A stretch of 64,000 nt of DNA, from the NCBI GenBank assembly GCA_965213685.1, contig CBDBZY010000003.1, positions 160,001 through 224,000 of the forward strand, read 5' to 3'. Source of the stretch: a bacterium. GTDB lineage: Bacteria; UBA8248. The translations under genes were made by a program, and so were the position numbers. Below the pieces are notes generated by a model. That model worked only from the letters and a program-made list of their open reading frames with translations, searched no databases and was not told the origin of the DNA. This document shows, one piece after another, positions 1 to 8,286 of this stretch. Each line of letters starts with the position of its first letter. Positions within the stretch are counted from its first letter, which is position 1.

Positions 1-1
1 G

Positions 2-79
2 ATGGACATGGGACTTGGCGATCGGGACCAGGGCGTCATACGCGAATGGTTCGAGCGCGAGGCGGGGCTTGGCGGCTAG
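2..79 (+). CDS. 3' end of a gene entering the window, possibly an NAD(P)-dependent (3-hydroxyisobutyrate dehydrogenase-like) oxidoreductase
   Basis: Frame reads MDMGLGDRDQGVIREWFEREAGLGG-TAG; the G-x-G-x-x-D tail resembles beta-hydroxyacid dehydrogenase C-termini. Only 25 codons visible. Confidence 0.35.
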   Translation: MDMGLGDRDQGVIREWFEREAGLGG

Positions 80-124
80 GTGGAGACGTCTCGCCGCCAA
101 GCCGCTCGGGAGGGGGGAGGTTCA

Positions 125-1000
125 GTGGAGCGACTGACGGAAAGCGTTTTTTATTATGATTGCTATCCGACGGTGGGGATGGTGGTCACCGAGGAGGGCG
201 TCATCGCCGTGGATGGTCCCATGCGGCCCTCTGAAGCTATCGCCTGGCGTGATTTTATCAGAGAGAAGGGCCCGCTTCGCTACCTCGTCAACACGGAGCA
301 TCACCAGGATCACATCGCGGGCAACTGGTTCCTGCAGCCGGAGAAGATCATATCCAGCGAAATCGTGTATGCGGATTTCTACGCCTCCATCGCCACGGCG
401 GAGGAGGGCAAGGAGCGGATGCTCCGCTACGACCCCGGCAGCGCGGCGCTGCTCGAAGGCTTTGCGCTCCTGCCTCCCGACATTACCTACAAGGAGCGGA
501 TGACGATTCGCCTGGGCGGCAAAACCTTCGTGCTCATCCACTCCGCCGGCCACACGCGGGGGCAAACCATCGTGCACGCGGTGGAGGATCGCGTCGCCTT
601 CACGGCCGACAACCTGACGCCCGCCTACAACGTGGCGTTTCACTCGGCCGACGTGTGGGGCTGGTTCCGATCCCTGGGAATGCTCGAGGCACTGGACGTG
701 GACTGGTACGTTCCCGGGCACGGACGGCCCTGCGGGAGGGACGAGATACCGCGCCAGCGGGAGAAGCTCCATGCGCTGGTGGACAGGATACGGGACTGGA
801 AGAGGGAGGGCTTGAGCCGGGAGCAGGTGCAGGATCGCGTCCGGGAAGTCTATGCGACGGACCTCAAGAGCAACGATCACATGGGAGAGCGCCTCACCAT
901 GCTGCGAAAAGGGGGGCTGGGCAACATCTATGATTATCTGGAGGAGCACCCCTCCGGCCCGCTGAACAATCGCACCGACCCGGTATGGCCCCACATGTGA
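125..1000 (+). CDS. MBL-fold metallo-hydrolase (cyclase-like)
   Basis: TEHHQDHIAGN metal motif, GHTRG, AFTAD and VPGHG; GTG at 125 follows GGAGG. Confidence 0.85.
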   Translation: MERLTESVFYYDCYPTVGMVVTEEGVIAVDGPMRPSEAIAWRDFIREKGPLRYLVNTEHHQDHIAGNWFLQPEKIISSEIVYADFYASIATAEEGKERMLRYDPGSAALLEGFALLPPDITYKERMTIRLGGKTFVLIHSAGHTRGQTIVHAVEDRVAFTADNLTPAYNVAFHSADVWGWFRSLGMLEALDVDWYVPGHGRPCGRDEIPRQREKLHALVDRIRDWKREGLSREQVQDRVREVYATDLKSNDHMGERLTMLRKGGLGNIYDYLEEHPSGPLNNRTDPVWPHM

Positions 1001-1046
1001 TGCGGCTCCACGCCCCCGCATCACCCCGCATGGGAGAGCGCCACGC

Positions 1047-2504
1047 ATGGAGCCGATGAACCTGCTCATCATCATGTCGGATGAGCACAACGTCCGGACG
1101 CTGGGTTGCTATGGGCACCCGATGGTGCAAACGCCGAACATCGACCGCCTGGCGGCCTCGGGCGCGAGGTTTGGGAGCGCGTATACGAATTCCCCGATCT
1201 GCACGGCTGCGCGGGCGAGCTTCGCCACGGGCCGCTACGTCCATGAAATCGGCAACTGGGACAACGCGAGCCCCTACGCGGGGGAGCCCCCGGGCTGGGG
1301 GCACCGCCTGCAGGCCGGGGGCCACCGCGTCACCTCCATCGGCAAGCTGCACTACAGAAACTCCTCCGACCCCACCGGTTTTGACGAGCAGATAGTCCCC
1401 ATGCACGCGCGCGACGGGGGCGTGGGCAGCGTGCTGGGGTCCATCCGGGACGAACTGGTCGTGCAGAAGGCGGACAGGCTGGCGCGCGAGATCGGCCCGG
1501 GCGAGACGAGTTATTCCCGCTACGACGCCGACATCGCCGAGAGGGCGTGCGCCTGGCTGGAAAACGACGCCCGAAAATACCGGGACAGGCCCTGGGTGAC
1601 GTTCGTCTCCTTCGTCTCGCCCCATTTCCCCCTGATGGCACCCCAGGCGTATTTTGACATGTACCCGCCCGAGTCCGTGCCTAGTCCTAAGCCGCACGCC
1701 CTCGACGGCCGCCCCCGGCACCCGTGGATAGAGGCGTATCGAAAATACGTGCCCTCGGACAGCTTCTTCGACGAGGAGAAAAGGCGCGTCGCCATCGCCT
1801 CGTATTTCGGTCTGTGCACGTTCCTCGACGCCCAGGTCGGCCGCGTGCTGGAGAGCCTGGAGAGGGCGGGCCTTCAGGGTCGCACCCGCGTCTTCTTCAC
1901 GAGCGATCACGGGGAGAACCTCGGGGCGCGGGGCACCTGGGGCAAGGGCACGATGTATGAAGAGTCGGCCGCGGTGCCGCTCATCATGGCGGGGCCGGGC
2001 GTGGAGCCGGGGGCGGTGGTGGAAACGCCCGTGTCGCTCCTGGATTTCTACCCCACGATCCTCGAGTCCGTCGGGGCGACGCCCAACGAGGAGGAAGGGC
2101 AAAGGGCGGGCCGCTCGCTGTATGAGGTTGCCCGCGCGCCCACCGATGCGGAGCGGGTCGTTTTCAGCGAATACCACGCATCGGGGGCGGAGACGGCGGC
2201 CTATCTCGTTCGCAGGGGGCGCATGAAGTACATCCACTATGTGGGCTATCCGCCCGAGCTGTACGATTTGGAAAGCGACCCGGAGGAGCAGGACAACCTG
2301 GCCGGACGGCCGGAGAGTGCGGCGATCCTGGATGAACTGGAGAGGGCGTTGCGCGGAATTCTCGACCCCGAGGAGGTGGACAGGCGGGCGAAACGGGATC
2401 AGGCGGCGTTGATCGCGCGCCTCGGCGGACGCTCGCACGTCATCGAGACGGCCAGGACGGGCGCCACGCCCACGCCGGGCGCATACGCCGATGACGGCTA
2501 CTGA
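1047..2504 (+). CDS. Cys-type sulfatase (choline-sulfatase-like)
   Basis: IMSDEH, PICTAARASFATG (CxxxR), GKLH, PHFP, TSDHGE and PELYDLESDPEE motifs. Confidence 0.9.
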   Translation: MEPMNLLIIMSDEHNVRTLGCYGHPMVQTPNIDRLAASGARFGSAYTNSPICTAARASFATGRYVHEIGNWDNASPYAGEPPGWGHRLQAGGHRVTSIGKLHYRNSSDPTGFDEQIVPMHARDGGVGSVLGSIRDELVVQKADRLAREIGPGETSYSRYDADIAERACAWLENDARKYRDRPWVTFVSFVSPHFPLMAPQAYFDMYPPESVPSPKPHALDGRPRHPWIEAYRKYVPSDSFFDEEKRRVAIASYFGLCTFLDAQVGRVLESLERAGLQGRTRVFFTSDHGENLGARGTWGKGTMYEESAAVPLIMAGPGVEPGAVVETPVSLLDFYPTILESVGATPNEEEGQRAGRSLYEVARAPTDAERVVFSEYHASGAETAAYLVRRGRMKYIHYVGYPPELYDLESDPEEQDNLAGRPESAAILDELERALRGILDPEEVDRRAKRDQAALIARLGGRSHVIETARTGATPTPGAYADDGY

Positions 2505-2637
2505 TGCGCCAACAAGGAAGAAGAGGCTGCGCGAAGGCTCAGGCGAAGCTGGATGACGCAATAGAAGCCTAGGGACTACTGGCATAAATGCCGCCCGGGT
2601 TGAGAGGCTCGGGCGCATTTTACGTGAGGGCATTTGC

Positions 2638-3012
2638 GTGCAAACGTCATACTACAAGAAGTCATGGGATGCGTCCGGTGCGGTGGGAATATCGAGAGGA
2701 ACAGCGAGGTTTGTGAGGCGGAAGTTGCCTCGTTTGATGGATCTGGCTCCGTCCTGGTCGATGCTGAAAATGCCGAGGCCAGAGTATGACAGGTTGTTTC
2801 GAGAAATTTTGTCGAAGCTGGAGCCGGACGACATGTGGGAGAGGGCGCATCGGTTGGCACATCCGCATGAGCCCGTGCTGTTGTGTTTTGAGCCTCCGTT
2901 CCAGTGGTGTCACCGGAGAATGGTTGCTGAGTGGTTTGAGGCGGCGGGACACGGTCCTGTCTGCGAGCTGGGATACGGGGAAGATTATCCCGGCTATGCT
3001 GATTTGGAGTAA
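2638..3012 (+). CDS. DUF488-family protein (short phage-type form)
   Basis: MQTSYY start, LAPSW, and VLLCFE..FQWCHRRMVAEW motif; more A/T-rich codon usage than flanking genes. Confidence 0.75.
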   Translation: MQTSYYKKSWDASGAVGISRGTARFVRRKLPRLMDLAPSWSMLKMPRPEYDRLFREILSKLEPDDMWERAHRLAHPHEPVLLCFEPPFQWCHRRMVAEWFEAAGHGPVCELGYGEDYPGYADLE

Positions 3013-3015
3013 ACA

Positions 3016-3074
3016 GAGCGGGATTCAGGAGTCGAACCTGTCTCCGATGAGGAATCGGCTACCCGCATATCCGC
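3016..3074 (-). other. tRNA-like fragment (T-arm plus acceptor 3' strand), not a complete tRNA
   Basis: Minus strand reads GCGGATATGCGGGTAG-CCGAT TCCTC ATCGG-AGA-CAGG TTCGACT CCTG-AATCCCGCTC; T-loop hairpin present, no D-arm, no CCA. Confidence 0.5.
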
Positions 3075-4399
3075 CGGGCGGACGCAAGCAGCCGCTCCTT
3101 GGCTTTCGCGATCCTGCCCGGGTCGACCAGCAGCCTTTTGCCCTCTTTCACCTTCTTGCCGGCGATGAATACCGCCTCCACGTTGGAGCGCTCCGCGTGG
3201 AAGACGACGGCGCTCGCCGCATCCTCCGCCGGCGCCATGTTGAGGTCGTCTTTGCGGATCAGGATCAGGTCGGCCTGCTTGCCGGGCGTGATGGAGCCGA
3301 TGGCGTCCGCCATGCCCATCGCGTGCGCGTTGTTGATGGTGGCCCAGGCGAGCGCGTCGCGCGCCGAGAAGGAGAGGGCGGGCGCCCTGTATGTGGCCGC
3401 ATCCAGGCGCTGGTTGTCGAATATCCTTTGCACCTGCAGGGCGTGCCGCGCGGCGTGCAGCATGTTGCCGGCCACGTAGGTTTCCAGATCGACGCCGATG
3501 GAGGGCCTCCCCCCCAGTGCGCTTACGCGGCCGCAGACCGACGCGCCCCTGTTCGTCTGCATCTCGGCTGCGGGCGTGGCGGTGATGGACGCGCCGGCGT
3601 CCAGAATCACGCGCAGCTCCTCGTCCGCCACGTAGTTGCAGTGCACCAGGTTGTGGTCGGCGCCCAGCACCCCCTCCCTCGCCAGCGCGCGGTAGCCCCC
3701 CGGCGTCTTCCTGCGCGCGTCTCCCCAGATGTGGGCGCTCGAGAGGAGGCCGTATTCACGCGCCAGGCGCATGTCGTGCAGCGTGATTTCGAGGGGGGAG
3801 TAATCGGCCCCCAAAATGGCCATCGCCAGCGTGACGCGGCCGTCGTCATCCGACAGGCGCCCCGTTCGCAATCGTTTGACCTCGCTTCTCGGGTGCGGGA
3901 TTTGCGAATAGTGGGGCGCGCCCGCCCTCGGTTTCGGCTTGGGCGTTCCGTGTCCGAAGAGGGCGCGAATCCCCGAATCGAACAGGGCGTCTACGCTGGC
4001 GTCGGTGTGCGCAGGCGTGGGATTGTTGTGACACCAGTCGAACAGCGTCGTGACGCCGGCCTCCATCTGCCCCCAGGCGCCCACGAGCGTGGCGACGTAC
4101 ATGTCCTCCGGGCGGTAGCGCGGGGCCAGGGTCTCATGGACGATCTCGAAATACGCGCGTCCGCCCCAGTTGCCGCCCAGCCCGCGAAGCGCGGTTTGCC
4201 AGGTGTGCATGTGCGCGTTGATGAGGCCGGGCAGGAGGATCGTCCCCCGGGCGTCGATGGTTTCCGCATCCGTCGCGTCGAGGTTCTCGCCCACCGCGGA
4301 AATCCGTCGCCCCTCTATCAGGACGTCGCCGCCCGCGACCTCCCCGATGCGGGGATCCATCGAGAGGATCGTCGCGTTCCGGATGAGCGTTCTCGTCAT
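3059..4399 (-). CDS. Amidohydrolase family protein (TRZ/ATZ, deaminase-like)
   Basis: PGLINAHMHTWQ, SAHIW, LVHCN, SIGVD and GSITPGKQADL motifs. Confidence 0.9.
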   Translation of the reverse strand: MTRTLIRNATILSMDPRIGEVAGGDVLIEGRRISAVGENLDATDAETIDARGTILLPGLINAHMHTWQTALRGLGGNWGGRAYFEIVHETLAPRYRPEDMYVATLVGAWGQMEAGVTTLFDWCHNNPTPAHTDASVDALFDSGIRALFGHGTPKPKPRAGAPHYSQIPHPRSEVKRLRTGRLSDDDGRVTLAMAILGADYSPLEITLHDMRLAREYGLLSSAHIWGDARRKTPGGYRALAREGVLGADHNLVHCNYVADEELRVILDAGASITATPAAEMQTNRGASVCGRVSALGGRPSIGVDLETYVAGNMLHAARHALQVQRIFDNQRLDAATYRAPALSFSARDALAWATINNAHAMGMADAIGSITPGKQADLILIRKDDLNMAPAEDAASAVVFHAERSNVEAVFIAGKKVKEGKRLLVDPGRIAKAKERLLASARRICG

Positions 4400-5058
4400 G
4401 CGGGCCGCTCCCCGTCACCGGCCTCCGGGAACGCATCCGGCCAGTCGGCCAGCAGCCCCTCCACATACGCCTTGAGGTCTTCGGGTCGTTTTCGGCGCAC
4501 CTTGTTCTTGTCGATCTCCTCTTGCGACTCGATGGGAATCCGCAGCGCGTCGTTGAACTTGTTTCGCATGTCGAAATAGGTGATGACCATGGTGAGCTCG
4601 ACGATTTCCGCGTCGGTGAAGTGTCGCCTGAGCCGGTCGAACACGTCGTCTCTCTCCCTGGCCGTGCCCATCGTCACGTGCTCCGCCCAGAGCAGGACGG
4701 CGCCCTCCCGCTCGGGGAATCCCGCGTAATCGCCCGCGCGGATGGCCGCGAGCTGGGCTTCCGTGATTCCGGCCGATTGACCAACCGGCGTGTTGTGCGC
4801 CAGTCAGTAGGCGCAGTCGTTGAGTTGGCTGGTCTTGAGGATCGCCAGCGCTTTCGTTTTCGTGCCCAGCATCGAACCCAGCCCCTGGCGCAGGAGCGAC
4901 GCGGTGAGCGGCAGCATGAACTTCGCGAGGAAGGGCTGGTTCGCCATGACGCGCCAGGCGTTGGGGATGCGGTTCAGAAGAACGCTGGCATGGTCGAGCA
5001 GGCGGTTCACGGCGGGGTCGTCGTCGGCTCCGGATTCCAGCATGGGGATTCGGGACAC
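4396..5058 (-). CDS. AhpD/carboxymuconolactone-decarboxylase-family protein, predicted selenoprotein (CxxU, TGA 4804-4806), about 220 aa
   Basis: ORFs 4804-5127 and 4396-4677 are in frame with 42 open codons between them. Readthrough gives KTSQLNDCAY-U-LAHN...EREGAVLLWAEHVT...FDRLRRHFTDAEIVELT...RNKFNDAL. AGGAG precedes GTG 5058; ATGA overlap with the amidohydrolase. Confidence 0.88.
4772..4806 (-). promoter_or_regulatory. Putative bacterial SECIS element
   Basis: TGA, 14 nt, then GCCGGTT-GGTC-AATCGGC (7-bp stem with one G-U pair); G-starting loop 21 nt from the UGA. Confidence 0.75.
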
Positions 5059-5147
5059 GGGGTGCGCTCCTTTTATCGGGGGATGGCCGCTCGCGGGAAT
5101 GCGGCCATTGTCCGACGAAACGCGCATCTTGAAAACCGCCGCGACCT

Positions 5148-5176
5148 TTGATTGGCGGGCCGCGCGGTGCTAGGCT
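5148..5176 (+). promoter_or_regulatory. Putative sigma70 promoter for the Gfo/Idh/MocA pair
   Basis: TTGATT-N17-TAGGCT with a TG extended -10 element. Confidence 0.45.
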
Positions 5177-5223
5177 TGCGGAATCGACCCGGAATTCATA
5201 CGCCCCCGTGCAGGTGACCCCGC

Positions 5224-6339
5224 ATGACATCCCCGGCGGAGAGAAGAACGCCCATCGGCCTGGCCGTGGTGGGATGCGGCAAGATTGGACGCATCCGCGC
5301 GGAATTCGCTCGGCAGAACGCCGCGGTGCAATGGATGGGGCTGTGCGACCTCGACGAGGGGGTCGGCAGAAGGCTCGCGGAGGATGTGGGTGCCGATTTT
5401 TTCACCACCGACTACCGGGCGCTCCTGCGGCGCGAAGAGGTGAACAGCGTCGTTTTGGCCACGTATGCGAGTGAGCGGCTCGAACCCGTCCTGCTCGGCG
5501 CGGAGCGCGGCCACCGGATGCTGATCGAAAAACCCCTGGCCGTGGACGCCGCCGTGTCCGCCCGTCTGGTGAAGGCCATCGAAGATGCGGGCGTCGACGC
5601 CGTCCTGGGCTACACGCAAAGGTTCCGCCGCCGCTTTCTGGTGGCGAAGGAGAAAATTCGCTCCGGCGCGCTGGGCGAAATCTCCTCCGTCACGGGCCGC
5701 GCCTTTTTGAACCGCATGAACCCGGTGGCGAATTCCACCAAGACGGAGTTCCCCACGAAATTCACGCCCATGGTCATCTCGGGAACCCATGGCGTGGACT
5801 TGTGCTCCTGGTTTCTCGAGGGGCTGCGCCCGGTGGAGGTGTATGCGCGCTCGGTGGACAAGGCGATGGCACCCTATCTCACCAAGGACTCCACCTTCGC
5901 CATCGTCACCCACGCGGACGGGACGATATGGAGCATGAACGTGAGCTGGGCACTGCCGCGCGTCTGGCCGGCGGAGGTGTATTCGCTCGAGCTGGGCGTC
6001 GTGGGAACGGGGGGCGTGCTCACGATAGACGATACGCACCGCGACATGGTGTTCGCCACCGAGGAGGCGCACGAGTCGGCGCGCCTGCGGCAGGAGCGGA
6101 ACGTGAGCTTTTTGACGAGCTATCCGCCGGGGGACGTGGTCTTCGGCCAGCTCTGGGGCCCGATGCGCGAGGAGACGCGCTCCTGGTTCGACAGGATTTA
6201 CCTGGGCGTCCCCACGCCGCACGCCACCGCGCGGGAAGCCCATGAGAACCTGATGCTGTGTCTGGCGATGGACCATTCGGCCCAGACGGGCCGGGCGGTG
6301 TCCCTTCCGATCTCGCCGGAGGATTTCGGGCGCGGGTAG
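5224..6339 (+). CDS. Gfo/Idh/MocA family oxidoreductase
   Basis: VVGCGKIG Rossmann motif, IEKPLA, GYTQRF. Confidence 0.9.
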   Translation: MTSPAERRTPIGLAVVGCGKIGRIRAEFARQNAAVQWMGLCDLDEGVGRRLAEDVGADFFTTDYRALLRREEVNSVVLATYASERLEPVLLGAERGHRMLIEKPLAVDAAVSARLVKAIEDAGVDAVLGYTQRFRRRFLVAKEKIRSGALGEISSVTGRAFLNRMNPVANSTKTEFPTKFTPMVISGTHGVDLCSWFLEGLRPVEVYARSVDKAMAPYLTKDSTFAIVTHADGTIWSMNVSWALPRVWPAEVYSLELGVVGTGGVLTIDDTHRDMVFATEEAHESARLRQERNVSFLTSYPPGDVVFGQLWGPMREETRSWFDRIYLGVPTPHATAREAHENLMLCLAMDHSAQTGRAVSLPISPEDFGRG

Positions 6340-6450
6340 GCGCGCGCCGCTTGCCCGGGGCCGGCTGTCCGCGCCGCCGCCGCGCCGTGGGAGCGGAGCC
6401 CCCTGCGTTTTTTCCCGTGCGAAGGGACGGGAATGCCTGACTAGGAGAGC

Positions 6451-7584
6451 GTGATGGCGGTTTCGGAAACCGGGAATCGACCGATTGGCCTGGCGATAGT
6501 CGGCTGCGGGCGGGTGGGGCGCATTCGCGCGCGGTGTGCCAGGGAGTATCCGGGCACGGAGTGGCTCGGCTGCTGCGACGTGGATACGAAGAAGGGCAGG
6601 GCCATGGCGGAGGAGTTCGGCGCTGATTTTTTCACCGCCGATTTTTCGGAGCTGATCGCCAGACCGGAGGTCAACGCCGTCATCATCGCCACGGACGAGG
6701 AGTGGCACGCGAGGCCGCTGTGGGAGGCGATAGCCCGGGGGCACAGGATACTGGTGGAGAAGCCGCTGGCCACGAGCGTGACGGAGTCGGCGAGAATCGT
6801 GGAGGCGGCGGAGTCAGCGGGCGTGGAGCTGCTGGTGGGCTATACCCAGCGCTTCCGCAGGCGGTGGCTCACGGCGAGGGAGCACGTGCAGTCCGGGATT
6901 CTGGGCGAGATCACCTCCGCGACGACGCGCGCCCTGCTCAACCGCCAGGTCGGCATCACCCGCCTGGGGCGGAACGAGGATCGCTCCATGCTGACGCCCA
7001 TGGTCATATCCGGGACCCATGCGCTCGACGTCATGCTGTTCGTGATGGGGCCGGGGAAGCGTCCCGTGGAGGTGGTCTCGCGCTCGATATCGAGGGTGAT
7101 GGCGGGCGTCGGCACCCAGGACGCCACCTTCAGCATCTTCACCTTCGACGATGGCACCATCTGGAGCATGGAGTGCAGCTGGGGGATGCCCACCATCTGG
7201 CCCGCATCGACGTATGGCCTCGCCATCAGCGTGGTGGGCACCGAGGGCGCACTCACCATCGACGACACCCACGCCGATTTCATCATGGCGTCCGAGAATC
7301 CCCTGGCCTCCCACCGGGGGGAGGAGCGCCACGTGCACCTGCTCGGCAGCTATCCGGCGGGGGACATGTCCAGGGGCCGGTTCTGGGGTCCGATGCGCGA
7401 CGAGTCCATCGCCTGGCTCGCGCACCTCTACACGGGGGCGGACATGCCCCACGCCACGGGGGCGGAGGGACACCGCAACCTCATGCTCTGCATGGCGTGC
7501 GACCTGTCGGCGAGGCGGGGGGAAGCCGTCCAACTGCCCATCGCACCGGAGGCGCTGCACGCGGGACTCCAGGCGAGAGCCTAG
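6451..7584 (+). CDS. Gfo/Idh/MocA family oxidoreductase (paralog of upstream gene)
   Basis: IVGCGRVG, VEKPLA, GYTQRFRRR, TPMVISGTH. Confidence 0.9.
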   Translation: MMAVSETGNRPIGLAIVGCGRVGRIRARCAREYPGTEWLGCCDVDTKKGRAMAEEFGADFFTADFSELIARPEVNAVIIATDEEWHARPLWEAIARGHRILVEKPLATSVTESARIVEAAESAGVELLVGYTQRFRRRWLTAREHVQSGILGEITSATTRALLNRQVGITRLGRNEDRSMLTPMVISGTHALDVMLFVMGPGKRPVEVVSRSISRVMAGVGTQDATFSIFTFDDGTIWSMECSWGMPTIWPASTYGLAISVVGTEGALTIDDTHADFIMASENPLASHRGEERHVHLLGSYPAGDMSRGRFWGPMRDESIAWLAHLYTGADMPHATGAEGHRNLMLCMACDLSARRGEAVQLPIAPEALHAGLQARA

Positions 7585-7931
7585 TCCATCGTCGCACTCG
7601 GCGGAGGCCAGTCCGCCGACTTGTTCTTGAACGAGAGGTAGATGAATTCGCCGTCTCCCCCGTTCCGGAACTCGTGCTCCACCCCTTCGGGGATGTGGAT
7701 GATGTCGCCCGCCGTGACGGTCTTCTCCTCATCCCCCACGCGGAACCACGCCGCTCCCTCGACGACGTTGATGATCTGCTCGCAGCCGTGCGTGTGCGGG
7801 CGCGCCAGCTTGCCGGGCTGGCTCACCGACCGGTTCAGCGTGACGTGCTCGCCGATGATGATGCTGCCCTCCGAATCCGAGGGCCTGGCCAGGTTCTTGC
7901 GCCTCATCTCCTCCCAACGGTAAAACGGCAT
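7581..7931 (-). CDS. Cupin domain protein
   Basis: PHTHGCEQIINVVEG and GDIIHIPEGVEH cupin motifs; GAGGAG before the ATG. Confidence 0.85.
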   Translation of the reverse strand: MPFYRWEEMRRKNLARPSDSEGSIIIGEHVTLNRSVSQPGKLARPHTHGCEQIINVVEGAAWFRVGDEEKTVTAGDIIHIPEGVEHEFRNGGDGEFIYLSFKNKSADWPPPSATMD

Positions 7932-8006
7932 GGTTTGGCTCCTCTTCAGGTTCAGGCGTTTCCTGTTCCGGGACGCGACAAATCCGCGTCCGTCCCCCAT
8001 CATTTG

Positions 8007-8036
8007 TTGACACCCCAACGCTCCCGTCTGTAAGAT
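8007..8036 (+). promoter_or_regulatory. Putative sigma70 promoter upstream of TAXI-TRAP genes
   Basis: TTGACA-N18-TAAGAT. Confidence 0.55.
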
Positions 8037-8286
8037 TTCCCCAAGCATACATCAAAGAGCGTGGGCGGGGGAGCGAGAAGCACCAGGATGCATCCCCGCC
8101 GGTATGCTTCTGTTGTCGCCGGCGGCTTCTCATGCCGCGGATTTTGGCGGGAAACCGGGCGGGCGGGGAGAGGGGAGTATGTTCCGTCGCGCCTCCCCCG
8201 GGAAACGGGCATGATGCGCCAGAGCAGGTCCAGCACTGAAAATGTTGCCGAAACGCCAGTCACCTTTATTATCAGGGAGAGGAAAA

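Noticed and set aside
2502-2564. Possible readthrough of the sulfatase TGA (TAC TGA TGC...)
   Set aside because: The protein looks complete (GATPTPG tail), there is no redox-motif context or GGTC hairpin, and the downstream DNA belongs to the atypical islet.
3016-3074. Functional tRNA or tRNA-Sec gene
   Set aside because: Too short, with no D-arm, no 7-nt anticodon loop and no CCA; kept only as a tRNA-like fragment.
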